Notes: a model not told the origin generated them from the letters alone. 64,000 nt of DNA from Candidatus Cloacimonadales bacterium (GCA_963663475.2 CAXXJV010000001.1:160001-224000); one strand, 5' to 3'; positions 28,300 through 39,278 are shown, numbered from the stretch's first letter. Made by a program: numbers and translations.

Positions 28300-31200
28300 T
28301 TAGTTTCTACCGAATCTTTTAGCAGGGCTAATAGTATCAGTAGAAGCTTTAACTTTATAGAATTTCATAGGTTCAGTTGCTGTGAATGTATGACCAGTAG
28401 CAGCAATTGATTCAAGTAATACATATTCGCCATCAGGTGTATCACAACCGTAGATATTATAAGAGTTTGCATTAGCAGCAACATCCCATGTTATGGTTAT
28501 TGAAGCACCATCATTAGAAATAACGAAGTTAACAGGTACTTCAGGATCTGTAACCATAGGTTCACCGAAGTAGATGTTATCAATATCGAACCAGTAGTCA
28601 TTAACACCATCATCTTCCATTTCGAATCTAAAGATAACAGATTGACCAGCATAAGCAGAGATATCAGCAGTAAATGTTGCAAATTCAGCTGAATCTACAT
28701 GGTCAGTACCATTAACTGCGTCAACAGGGTCAAAGCTTGCGCCATTATCTGTAGAAGCATAAATACTTAAGTAGTCATGTCCTTCAACTGAGGTAATACC
28801 TACAGTTCCAGCTGACCAGTCTGTCATTCTGTAATCTAAAGAAATTACTGCAGAAGCAGGAATGTTATTCATTGATTGGAATAGAATATATCCATTTGTT
28901 GCAGTGCTATAGATATTCTTATACATAACATAACCCACAGTATTATGAGCACCTATTCCGATATTGAAGTTTTCAGAGGTAATAGCTGCAGGATTAGTAG
29001 TAGAACCTTCGAAGTCAATAGCAACAGGCATTGGGATAGATGGGTCAGGAATTGTAGTAAATGACCAGACTTCTATATTACCTGTAGCTTGACCAATAAC
29101 ATTGTAAGGAATAACTTTCCAGTAGTAAGTAGTCTCGTAGTCTAAACCACTGAAATCATAATAATTAGCAATTTCATCTTCAGGAGTTACACTAGCAAAT
29201 GTTTCATCTGTTGAGAAATAAACATAATAACCATCAGCACCTGTAGCAGCAGACCATGTTAAACTTCCACTAAGAGCTACATTAGTAGCTTCATCAGCAG
29301 GAGCTGTATAAGTAACAGGTTCTGGAGCTGAGCCAACAGTTGTGAATGTCCAAGTTACAACTGAATCAGCAATTGTTTCACCAGTATAGTTACGACAAAT
29401 CACTTTCCATGAATATTCAGTATTTGGATCTAAATCAGTTACAGCATACTCTTCAACAGCAGCAACATTATCAAGAACTTTAACCATGCTACGTGTTGCC
29501 ATAAGACTACGACTATTAGCTGGTTCAGGTGTTGGTCCAAACCAAAGATCAACTGTTTCTGTATAATCTGCATTATTCCAAGTTAATGTAAGATCTGTTA
29601 ACTGGTCAATATCCCCATCAGCTGGACTTGGGCTAGTTGCAACTTCAGGAGCTGGTAAAGGATCAGCTGTTAAGTTGATTGTATAATCAATACTTTGAGG
29701 TGCAGGATAGCTAGAAATAATTAAGAAATATGTTCCAGCAGGGATCATCTCATTTGTATAAGTTAAAGAATTACTTGAAGTTGATTTAGTCAAAAGAACT
29801 TCAGCTGGGGTAGTTTCATTAGGTTCGTCAGCAAGGATAAAAGCACCAATCCAAGAACCAGTTGTTGTAATAGTACCATTTAACAACATTGAATTTGCTA
29901 AAGTAAATTGATAAACAACATCATCACCATTCATATAAGAAGAGCTTGGAGAAATCCAACTAGATGAATAATCGTCTATGAAGTCAATTGTATTACCAGT
30001 AACATCAACAGCAGGGAAGGTTAAAGGAATAGGATCAGCACATGTTGAACCTTGAGGTGGTAACCAACCACTACCAGTAAGAGCTACTTCATTTACTGCT
30101 CTATTATTATTTGAAGCCTTAGAGCTTGAAGAAATTCTTACATTTCTAGCTAGGTCATCAGTTATTGCTAATGTTGCTTCTTTCAAACCTAAAGCATCAG
30201 GAGTAAAGGTAACAGTAATAGCTAATGATTCACCATTGTCTAAAGCCATATCAGGGGTTTCATCAACATAATCCCAAGCAAAGAGGCCTGCATCAGTTCC
30301 AGTAATTTCAACATTAGAAATGTTAAGAGTACCAGGACCAACATTAGTAATAGTAACTTCTTCAGCTACTGATGTAGTTGCAACTTCAACTTCACCAAAA
30401 TCAAGAGCTTGACTACTAAGCTCTGCTACTGGTGTTAGAGGAGTTTCTTCAAATGTTATGTTATCTAAATAAATGTAATTAGAAGTATTAGCAAATACAG
30501 GTATGAAAGCAAATCTTTCATTACCAGTAGTTGTGCCTTCAAATTCTATAGTTCTTTGTTCATATGTTAATGGAACGTCAAATGTATCAATGGCGGTTAA
30601 GACATTTAATTCAGTGTCATATTTTCCTAAAATCATTTCAGAATTTAGTGGACCTTTTGTCCAGAATCTTAATCTGTATCCATCCATATCAGGTACGATA
30701 TTAGGAGTGATTAGTTGAAGATTTGCACTAGCATCAGAAGAATTATAGAATTCAATAGCATTAGAACCATCTTGAACATTAGTTGCACTTGTATTTAAAG
30801 CAACTCTTGCAAAAGTAGAAGTTGATTCTACAATTGAAAGCCATCCATATAAATCACCTTCAAAAGAATCGTTCCATGGTAAATCTTCTGTATATATATT
30901 TGTATCAATTGAATTACCAACTAGTTCTACTGTATGAATAACTCTGGCTTGGTCATCTGTAATAACAAGTTGAGCTCTATGATTACCTTCTGTAGTAGGT
31001 GCATAGGCAACTTGAACAGACATATTTTCACCAGTTGCTAAAGTAACTTGGTAAGTGTTTTCATCTGTAAGTTGGAACTGATCAGCATTTGTACCACTAA
31101 TTGTAGTACTAACAAGACCAAGATCAGAAATACCTAGATTACTAACTGTTACAGTTTGAGGATCACTCACTTCGTCCATAATCTGATCAGTGAAGGTCAA

Positions 31201-34200
31201 GGTATCAGCATTTACTGTGAAAACAGGCTCAAGAGGAAGCTCTTGATAATTAAAACCTGTAACAGGTAAATAAGCTTTCATAGTACCATAAGGAATATTT
31301 CCACTTAATAATGGATAATATGTATACCCAGAATTTGATATAGATCTATTTCCATTTACAGAACAAGAATAGAAATCATCTGATGAACCCTGTGCTCCAG
31401 ATTCTTTTGCGATAAAGGTAACCACTAAATTATTAACATTATCATAGATAAATGGGGTATCTAATTCAATATTAACCACTGGATCACTTGTAGTTGTAGA
31501 TAAATCACCACTATATACTAAAGTCATTTCATCTAGATCCCAATCATAAGAATCAGCAAAAGTATTCTTAATAGTATGTCCCATATAGATATCAATTTCT
31601 TCAGTGAAAGCACTGTTATTATTAAATAAATAAGAAATTGATGTAATATAAGAATCTTCAAAATCTAATTCTGATTGATAATAAATACTTTGAGTTGTTG
31701 TATATGGATAGTAAGGATTCATTGGTAGTCCTTGAGAAGTATTTCTTGGACCATCGAAGACAATGTCAGCTCTTGGGAATGGATTACTAACAATAGTGAA
31801 TGACCAAACTTCTATAATTCCAGTAGCAGGACCAACTGCATTGTATGGTATAACTTTCCAATAGTAAGTTTGTCCATATTCAGCTGAATAAGTATAAGAG
31901 GTACCTGTTTGATCAATAGGGGTTACTCCAGCAAATAAAGAATCTGTTGCTAGATACACATTATAGCCATCAGCACCATCTACTGCTTGCCAAGTAAGAT
32001 TTCCATTTACTGCTACATCTACTGCATCGTCAGCAGGAGCAATATATTCTGTTGAGTCTGGAGCATTGCCTATGGTTGTAAATGACCAAGTAACCACATC
32101 AAGTGCAGGTGTTTCACCAGCATAATTGCGATTAACAATTTTCCATTCATATTCAGTATTTGGAGTTAAACCTATTAGAGGATATTCTTCTACAGCAGGT
32201 ATATCAGTTTCTACTTGAACCATAGAACCAACTTGACCAAAGTAAATATCTACTGTTTCTGTATAATCTGCATTATCCCAAGTTACAGTGAAGTTAGTTG
32301 ATAAATCAACTGCATCATCACTAGGATATGGATTAGAAGCAGCTGCAGGAGCAGGAATATTCTCTGTATTGATAGTCATTGTAAATGGACCATTATTTGA
32401 TCCATAACCTGTAACTACTATGTAATAGTCTCCAGCAGGAGCAAAAGAAGGATTCATTTTAGACCATAAAGCTCTATCTCTAGTTTTTACTTCTTCGATA
32501 AATCCTCTTCCACCTGTACCAGCAGAAGTCTCATCATCGTTGTAGTACCATGCATCAGTAGAGGTAGTTGCTGTATCTATCTGATCGAAAGAATTAAACA
32601 CAAAGAGTTTAGTATCCCATTCAGTTCCTTCAAGTGATATATCCATAACTTTTGCTTGTGGTAAAGTAAGTTTATAAACAACAGATGGACCTGTACAGAA
32701 GCTATATGTTTGATTATAAATAGAAGTTGTATTTTGTTCTACAATTTGATCAGCTAAAACCAATGTGAATGGATCAGTATGTTCATCACCAGTAGTACTT
32801 ATGATCTCAGTAGTAATATCAATATCATGATTTATGAAGGTAAATAAATCTAATTTTTCCTTTACTCTTAAATAAGAATCATGAACACCTACAAATGCTG
32901 TTAATGCTTTAACATCAACGGTTATAAAGGTCTCAGGTTCCAATATATATGGAAGAGTATTTTCATTTATAACTTCGAAATAAGAAGGATGTCCAACAAC
33001 AATTTCAGTAATTTCTGCAGAAACAGCACCAACATTGCTAATAGTAACAGTTTGAGCTACAGCAGTTGTATCTCCCTCTAAATATGTACCACAATCAACT
33101 GCTTCAGGTGAAAATTCAATAACAGCTGCTGTTGGTATTTCTTCAATATTTACATTATCCAGATAGATACTTCTGGAAGTACCACCCAAACCATGTTTAA
33201 AGGCAACATGTTGTAATCCACCTTCACTTGGTAGGTCGACAATATATTGTGTTTGGGTATTTGTTAAATTAAGACTGTCTAATCTTGTAAAAGTTGTATC
33301 ATCTGTTGGGTCTGTCATTGTTCCAACATATAATACATAACCTGCACTTGCACCTCTAGCATAGAATCTAACTCTGTTGCCAGAATTTTCTATTAGTGGA
33401 GTTGACACGATTAAACTTCCACCACTAGAGACAGTACTATTAGTCATATAATAACTATTTGGTGCTGAAACAGGATAAGAAGTAGATACCCTAGTTGTTG
33501 CATTTGCATTTCCTGTTGTATTTACAGTTATCCAACCATTAAGATTATCTCCTGAAGCATATGTATCAAAGTTTTCCATAAATGGCACACTTGCCTCACC
33601 ATAAGCTGTTGTAAAAGACCAAACTTCTGAACTTGTTTCAATAGAAGTTTCATTATTAACAGCTACAACTTTCCAATAATACATAGTGTTATTGGTTAAG
33701 TTAGAAGTTGTATAAAGTAAATCACTAGCATCAAGATCTACAGGAACAGCTCCTGTAAAATCGATACTTTCTGATAGATAAAGTGTGAAGCCATCAGTAT
33801 CAGTTCCTTCACTTGTCCATTCCAAATCACTTATAAGTGGTAGATTTAAAGAACCATCAGCAGGAGATTCAAGATAAGGAGTTGCTGGGGTTCCTGGTAA
33901 AGGTACTGTATAGTTTATTTCAGTAGATGAATTTCCAGATGCTAATAAGTTTTCGAGATGATCATATAGATTAAATGAGCATTCTCCAGGGTAAGAACCA
34001 TTTGTATGGAAATCAGAAGTAATTGTTTGACCTTGTTCAACGTTAATAACAAATTGTACAAATGAACCTGTTGCTACAGTAATATCATCTAAAACAACTT
34101 CATCATCAACAAGAACGTCCATAGCAGCGCCATTCCAACCATCTCCATAAGAATCAAGTAATTCAAAAACAAAATTACCTGCTCCCAGAGCAGTTGTAAA

Positions 34201-34980
34201 TGAATATACTGAACTAGCCATTTCAGCACTAGTTGCACTAACCGCAACAACTTTCCAGTAATAAGTAGTACCACTTTCTAAAGAAACAGTATAAGGAGAA
34301 GTTGCAGGGTCAACAACAGTTGCATCTGTAAAAGCTAAATTATCAGCAATATATAATACTGTGTGATCAGTATTTGCACCAGTTGTCCATTCTAAATCTG
34401 TATCAATAGCTACAAGGGTTTCACCATTAGCAGGAGAAGTTAATGTTGGAGCATCAGGAGCTCCTGCTTCAAAGAGGGTAATTGTGAAATCCATATTTGA
34501 GCCCCAAGTAAAGCTTGCAGTGGCATCAAGTGGTAGAGAACCACCTTCTTCTTGCATAACTCTCATTCTTGTTGAACCTGTAAAGTCTGTTGGGACTGTG
34601 AAATTATAAGTTTCTATTGCTTCTGGAGTTCCAGCCCAATCTCCAATAAGTTCACTTTCAGCAAAAGTTCCATCACTATTCCAGTCAATCCATACTGAGC
34701 CTACACCAGAATAGGTATATAAAGGAGTTATATCACCCCAAGTGACTGATACATCATATGAATTACCAGCGATTAAAGTAGCGACTAATGCAGTTTGATT
34801 ATCTAAACCCATAACTGCTGCTGTTGGAGTATAATTAATACTTGAATTTTCTCCTATTAACGTAACATTCATTACATTAGAATCAGCAGTATTTGAAGGT
34901 CCATTTTCACTATAAACCTGAGCAAATAAGCTTGTTATCATTAAAACGCTTAGCAAAAGAGCTAATATAGTTTTTTTCAT
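28300..34980 (-). CDS. Large secreted modular protein (GEVED-like N-terminal domain, FN3-like and choice-of-anchor domains), 2226 aa
   Basis: The better start is MKKTILALLL at 34980 (GGGAG RBS, signal peptide). WIDWNSDGTF...TRMRV GEVED pattern; paralog of 22443-27659. Confidence 0.85.
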   Translation of the reverse strand: MKKTILALLLSVLMITSLFAQVYSENGPSNTADSNVMNVTLIGENSSINYTPTAAVMGLDNQTALVATLIAGNSYDVSVTWGDITPLYTYSGVGSVWIDWNSDGTFAESELIGDWAGTPEAIETYNFTVPTDFTGSTRMRVMQEEGGSLPLDATASFTWGSNMDFTITLFEAGAPDAPTLTSPANGETLVAIDTDLEWTTGANTDHTVLYIADNLAFTDATVVDPATSPYTVSLESGTTYYWKVVAVSATSAEMASSVYSFTTALGAGNFVFELLDSYGDGWNGAAMDVLVDDEVVLDDITVATGSFVQFVINVEQGQTITSDFHTNGSYPGECSFNLYDHLENLLASGNSSTEINYTVPLPGTPATPYLESPADGSLNLPLISDLEWTSEGTDTDGFTLYLSESIDFTGAVPVDLDASDLLYTTSNLTNNTMYYWKVVAVNNETSIETSSEVWSFTTAYGEASVPFMENFDTYASGDNLNGWITVNTTGNANATTRVSTSYPVSAPNSYYMTNSTVSSGGSLIVSTPLIENSGNRVRFYARGASAGYVLYVGTMTDPTDDTTFTRLDSLNLTNTQTQYIVDLPSEGGLQHVAFKHGLGGTSRSIYLDNVNIEEIPTAAVIEFSPEAVDCGTYLEGDTTAVAQTVTISNVGAVSAEITEIVVGHPSYFEVINENTLPYILEPETFITVDVKALTAFVGVHDSYLRVKEKLDLFTFINHDIDITTEIISTTGDEHTDPFTLVLADQIVEQNTTSIYNQTYSFCTGPSVVYKLTLPQAKVMDISLEGTEWDTKLFVFNSFDQIDTATTSTDAWYYNDDETSAGTGGRGFIEEVKTRDRALWSKMNPSFAPAGDYYIVVTGYGSNNGPFTMTINTENIPAPAAASNPYPSDDAVDLSTNFTVTWDNADYTETVDIYFGQVGSMVQVETDIPAVEEYPLIGLTPNTEYEWKIVNRNYAGETPALDVVTWSFTTIGNAPDSTEYIAPADDAVDVAVNGNLTWQAVDGADGYNVYLATDSLFAGVTPIDQTGTSYTYSAEYGQTYYWKVIPYNAVGPATGIIEVWSFTIVSNPFPRADIVFDGPRNTSQGLPMNPYYPYTTTQSIYYQSELDFEDSYITSISYLFNNNSAFTEEIDIYMGHTIKNTFADSYDWDLDEMTLVYSGDLSTTTSDPVVNIELDTPFIYDNVNNLVVTFIAKESGAQGSSDDFYSCSVNGNRSISNSGYTYYPLLSGNIPYGTMKAYLPVTGFNYQELPLEPVFTVNADTLTFTDQIMDEVSDPQTVTVSNLGISDLGLVSTTISGTNADQFQLTDENTYQVTLATGENMSVQVAYAPTTEGNHRAQLVITDDQARVIHTVELVGNSIDTNIYTEDLPWNDSFEGDLYGWLSIVESTSTFARVALNTSATNVQDGSNAIEFYNSSDASANLQLITPNIVPDMDGYRLRFWTKGPLNSEMILGKYDTELNVLTAIDTFDVPLTYEQRTIEFEGTTTGNERFAFIPVFANTSNYIYLDNITFEETPLTPVAELSSQALDFGEVEVATTSVAEEVTITNVGPGTLNISNVEITGTDAGLFAWDYVDETPDMALDNGESLAITVTFTPDALGLKEATLAITDDLARNVRISSSSKASNNNRAVNEVALTGSGWLPPQGSTCADPIPLTFPAVDVTGNTIDFIDDYSSSWISPSSSYMNGDDVVYQFTLANSMLLNGTITTTGSWIGAFILADEPNETTPAEVLLTKSTSSNSLTYTNEMIPAGTYFLIISSYPAPQSIDYTINLTADPLPAPEVATSPSPADGDIDQLTDLTLTWNNADYTETVDLWFGPTPEPANSRSLMATRSMVKVLDNVAAVEEYAVTDLDPNTEYSWKVICRNYTGETIADSVVTWTFTTVGSAPEPVTYTAPADEATNVALSGSLTWSAATGADGYYVYFSTDETFASVTPEDEIANYYDFSGLDYETTYYWKVIPYNVIGQATGNIEVWSFTTIPDPSIPMPVAIDFEGSTTNPAAITSENFNIGIGAHNTVGYVMYKNIYSTATNGYILFQSMNNIPASAVISLDYRMTDWSAGTVGITSVEGHDYLSIYASTDNGASFDPVDAVNGTDHVDSAEFATFTADISAYAGQSVIFRFEMEDDGVNDYWFDIDNIYFGEPMVTDPEVPVNFVISNDGASITITWDVAANANSYNIYGCDTPDGEYVLLESIAATGHTFTATEPMKFYKVKASTDTISPAKRFGRN

Positions 34981-35562
34981 AATTTTTTTCTCCCATAACA
35001 TTTTAGTGTTATTGTTTTTTGGGTGTAACATATAATTGAAAGTGTTGAAAAATTTCCACAAGTTGGCCGCTAATGATTACTGTGGTGAGGTAATCAAAAG
35101 CGTACCAGACATTGCTTTACGAATTTTTTAAAACTTCTCAATGTGCTGTTACTTATTTAATTTTTACTTACTTAGGTGGTCTAGCAATTTGTTAATTTCT
35201 TACGAGAATTACAGTGGTGACGTAATTACTCATTTAACAAATCCTAAACATACACCCCAGTTTCTTAATCCTTAGCCTTAATCACTGGTCTTGGCTACTT
35301 TCTTATAGTAGTGTGGTGGCATTTCTAATGATACATAGCCAAGAGTGACCAAAGAAAAGATCGATTTCTCTTCAATTCTAAGAACATTTTATACTTGATT
35401 GATTTTATCTGTCAATATCTTTTTTAATCTATTTTATATTTTTCTCATTTTTGCTACAGTTTCTGAAATTATGTTTTTAATTATTGACTTGCAAATATCG
35501 GCATTTGAAATACATTTTAAGCAATTTTTTTTATTTCTCTGATCAAAATCCTTCTAACATGA

Positions 35563-35631
35563 CTAATCCTTCCTTTACAGTCTTTCGATGAAAGTCCAGG
35601 TTTCATCGAAAGACTGTAAAGGAAGGATTAG
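35563..35631. repeat. Perfect 31-bp inverted repeat with 7-nt spacer
   Basis: CTAATCCTTCCTTTACAGTCTTTCGATGAAA-gtccagg-TTTCATCGAAAGACTGTAAAGGAAGGATTAG. Confidence 0.95.
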
Positions 35632-35824
35632 GGATCTTCAAGCTAGGAAGGGAAATTCTAATTATTTTTGCAAAAGTGGTCAATTTATGAAAAAATGGCT
35701 CCTTAAAGATTATGAGGACTCATAAAATTAAAATAAATTTACATGAATGATAGAGCATTAAAGGTCAATAACCCGATGTTCTTATGATAAAACAATCTAA
35801 CACTTATAAAAGGAGGTTAAAACA

Positions 35825-36142
35825 ATGGTTATTGTCGGTTTTAAATTACCCCATGGATTAAAAGCTAAAGCAAAAAGAAATGGATACGCATTTGCTAAAT
35901 ACTCTAATCAACTAAACTATCACCTAAAAAAGAAAAATTCTCCCCCAATTGTGGAAAAACATCAACACTTTGGACAAATTATGAAGCAATTAAAACTTGC
36001 CTATAAAGACCTTAGTGATGAAGATAGACAAGCTTTAAGGCAAAGAAGAAAAGAGGAAGGAAGTACTAAGTCGGACTGGATACACTTTATCAGAGAATAT
36101 TATCAGAAGGAGACAGGAAGACAAAGACAAAGAGAAAGATAG
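35825..36142 (+). CDS. Small basic hypothetical protein, probably nucleic-acid binding
   Basis: Strong AAGGAGGT RBS; 105 aa, K/R-rich. Confidence 0.75.
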   Translation: MVIVGFKLPHGLKAKAKRNGYAFAKYSNQLNYHLKKKNSPPIVEKHQHFGQIMKQLKLAYKDLSDEDRQALRQRRKEEGSTKSDWIHFIREYYQKETGRQRQRER

Positions 36143-36256
36143 TTTCACTAAGAAACTATGGACTGAACCATCCTTGCTCTCAGAAGATTGTGCAAGCAAG
36201 GATGCTACCAATAACTGGGAAAGCGGGCATCCCTGCCCGTACCGCTAACTAACTGG

Positions 36257-38176
36257 ATAGGGGTAGGGGAGCTACCATTACTGACTCCCCTCCCTCCGAA
36301 CCGTACGTGCGGTTCTCCCGCATACGGCTCTCCAGATAATAATTTACTCTCTGTGTAGAGATTGACATAATTGACGATGGGTTTCGGTTAATGAGAGAAG
36401 CCCAGCGTCTTCAAAGATTTTGTTTGGGTATCTGAAATTATCTCTATATGTTGTTGCAATTCCTTTTCGTTTTTCAAACTTCTTTAGTATACTTCTTAGT
36501 CTTCGTCTTATCCATCCGTCCATATCTGGAAAAGTTGTTTTGTAGCAGTGTTTGTAATATTCAAACCAGCCTCGTATAATCGGATTTATCCTCTTGATTA
36601 TTTCTTTTAAACTTTTCCCATTTGTTCTTCTGGTATGTTTCCTAATACTATCCCTGAATTTCTTTTCACTCTTACGTTTAGGAAACTTTCAGAAAATCTT
36701 TGTCTTCTCGTAGTTCTTAGATTTAACAAATCTATATCCCAAAAATCCTATCTCATCTTGCATACTATCAAGTATTTTAGTTTTGGTAGGATGGAGAATT
36801 AACTCAGCTTTTTCTGTCCATTCCTTTACTGTTTCAAGTGCTTCTTCTGATTCTTTCTGGCTTCTACACATAATTATAAAGTCATCTGCATATCTTACCA
36901 TTTGATAGTTTTTACTACTTATTAACCAGTCAAACTTATTTAGATAGATATTTGCTAATAATGGACTTAATACTGCACCTTGTGGTGTTCCTTTTTCGGG
37001 AATCCATGTATCTAGCCCATTAAATATACTTTGATTCAGAAATTTCTGAATTAGTTCTAGTACACGACTATCAGATATCTCTTCTTTTACTAAATCCATT
37101 AACTTTGATTTAGGTATTGTATCAAAATATCCTTTTAAGTCTGCATCAACTACATATCGATAGCCTCTTTTAAGGTTATTATACACTATTCTGAGTGCAT
37201 CTTTACAACTTCTTTTAGGTCTAAAACCAAAGCTATTTTCTGAAAATTTGATTTCAAATATTGGCTCGATTACATTCCTTATTGCTGTTTGAACTATTCT
37301 GTCTTCAACTGTTGGAATGCCTAAAGGTCGCTTTTCCTTACTTCCAGGTTTATCTATCATTACCCTTTTAATTGCATTTGGCTCGTATTCCTGCATTTCT
37401 AATCGCTTAGCTAATCTTTGCAACCTTTGTTCTACATGTTTCTCATAATGAGAGATACTCATATTATCAACGCCTGCACTTCCTTTATTAGCTTTTACTC
37501 TTTTCCATGCTGATAATAGATTGTCTTTTGAATATACTTTATCTATTAAGCTAAACCATTTGCCTCCTTTGACTCCCCTTTGGAGAGCTGTCAACATTTT
37601 GTCTGTCCAGACAGACGATTCAGTCCATTTCCACTCTAATCTTATGAGAGAATTTTCTTCTTGTCCTTGTCTAGTCTTTTGTGACACTAACGAACATTTG
37701 TCTTTCATCTGTTTTTCCTTTTAAAATTTTATTATCCTGCTCCCCTTCGCTACTTTCAGGTTATGTTGTCCTGAATATCAACACTACTATGAGAGCTCTG
37801 ACTCCTGAATACATCTCTACCTATATTCAGGTCTCATAGCTTACCGATAACGACCTTCTTACCATTCCATCTCCAACCACATCTAACGTCCTGATATAGC
37901 TTACCGTTCAAACATCATACAGCTTATCAGGTGTATGGCAAGCGGTGTAGGTTCTCACACCTTCCTGCAATACCATCATCAGTTTTCACCTTGCAATCGG
38001 AGGCTCAACACTATTAGCTGCCGAATCGAGTTCACTTATGTTACGGACTGGTATTTCACTTCCAGTTACTCCCCACCCAACCTCACGGTTACGCAGTTAC
38101 TTTCAGTTACAGAACTTTTGATGTAAGTTCTGAGTAGGACTTTCACCTACCTGATAGTTATCTATCACTATCGTAC
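36257..38176 (-). mobile_element. Group II intron (~1.92 kb)
   Basis: Domain V GAGAGCCGTATGCGGGAGAACCGCACGTACGGTTC (minus strand, ~36298-36332); domain VI ends CCCTACCCCTAT; 5' end GTACG at 38176; internal RT ORF. The 3' boundary is uncertain by 1 nt. Confidence 0.9.
36344..37708 (-). pseudogene. ltrA: Group II intron reverse transcriptase/maturase without En domain, interrupted by one in-frame TGA
   Basis: RPLGIPT, GTPQG and YADD motifs. After the TGA at 36689-36691 the same frame continues KFPKRKSEKKFRDSIRKHTRR...INPIIRGWFEYY (domain X) to TAA at 36344. Confidence 0.85.
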
Positions 38177-38510
38177 GGTCGCGGGATTCTAGCCCGCGGT
38201 TACGCAGATTACAAGTGGTTACGGGGCCTATGGAGTGGAAGCATCCTTGCTTGCACACACATTATTCTGAGACCAGGGATGGTCTCAGTCCATAGTTTTT
38301 TTAGCCCGCATTTACGCAGATGACAAGCGGTTACGGGAACGGGTCGCGGGATTCTAGCCCGCGGTTACGCAGGTTAAAAAGTGGTTACGGTGCCTATGGA
38401 GTGTGGAAGCATCCTTGCTTGCACACACATTATACTGAGACCAGGGATGGTCTCAGTCCATATTTTTTTAGCCCGCGGTTACGTAGATAAAAAAGTGGTT
38501 ACAGGATTAA
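38177..38510 (-). repeat. REP array upstream of the RAYT (family C units interleaved with TATGGA-foot hairpins)
   Basis: GGTCGCGGGATTCTAGCCCGCGGTTACG copies, inverted relative to the array at 39440-39806. Confidence 0.8.
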
Positions 38511-38708
38511 CCAGCATTCCTGCTAGCATCTAATGTATCAAAATGAGCAAACAGCATCTTTTTTTTGGGCTAAAAATTCCTTACCCTGTATCCCATTTTC
38601 CTTTAACAAATGAATAATCTATCTATATTACATCCCCAAAAATACGATAATTATTGACAAATAAGTAATATTATCTATAAAAGACATATCATGTAGGAGG
38701 TTATTGTA

Positions 38709-39278
38709 ATGAATAAAGATTTAGAAACTAACAAGGGCTGGTACAAAAGAAAATATTTACCCCATTATGATCAGGAAAGAATATATCAGCATATTACATT
38801 TAGACTATTTGATTCTGTACCAAAATCACAAATTGAAAAATGGAAAAATGTTTTACTTGCTAGTAAATCAATGATTGATGATAGTGAATTAGGATTACAA
38901 ATAAAATTACAAGCGAAAATTACGGAATTTGAAGATAAAGGCTTTGGTAATTGCTATTTGCAAAACTCACAAGTGAGACATATTGTTGAAAACTCTCTAC
39001 TTTTCTTCAATGAAAAAAGATACAAATTAATTGAATGGAAAATTATGCCTAATCATGTTCATGTATTAATTGAAGTTTTTGCAGGTGAAAATTTGCCTAA
39101 AATCGTATATAGTTGGAAATCTTATACTGCCAATAAATGCAATAAAATACTTAATCGTAAAGGAAAATTCTGGATGGATGATTATTATGACACTTTCATT
39201 AGAAATGAACAACATTTTTTGAAAGTAATTGAATATATAAGAAATAATGATAAACCACAAGATGAGAAAAGATGCTAA
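38709..39278 (+). CDS. REP-associated tyrosine transposase (RAYT/TnpA-REP, HUH Y1 family)
   Basis: GWY.R.YLPH, ITFRL.DS.P, IMPNHVH (HUH), WKSYTA, FW..DYYD..IR and YI.NN; flanked by inverted REP arrays. Confidence 0.9.
   Translation: MNKDLETNKGWYKRKYLPHYDQERIYQHITFRLFDSVPKSQIEKWKNVLLASKSMIDDSELGLQIKLQAKITEFEDKGFGNCYLQNSQVRHIVENSLLFFNEKRYKLIEWKIMPNHVHVLIEVFAGENLPKIVYSWKSYTANKCNKILNRKGKFWMDDYYDTFIRNEQHFLKVIEYIRNNDKPQDEKRC

Noticed and set aside
34981-35061. N-terminal extension of the 2253-aa ORF (similarly the longer starts of metK, asnB, the flippase and DUF2971)
   Set aside because: Downstream ATGs are better supported, by an RBS, a signal peptide or the catalytic Cys2 depending on the gene.
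35074-35350. Leader hairpins as integron attC sites
   Set aside because: There is no RYYYAAC...GTTRRRY arrangement, no cassette array and no integrase.
36689-36691. TGA recoding (alternative genetic code or selenocysteine)
   Set aside because: TGA terminates several ordinary genes in the window, and the position is not a redox site.
36344-37708. RT as a DGR, retron or defence RT
   Set aside because: It has YADD plus domain X and sits within a clear group II intron with domains V and VI. I saw no template/variable repeat pair.
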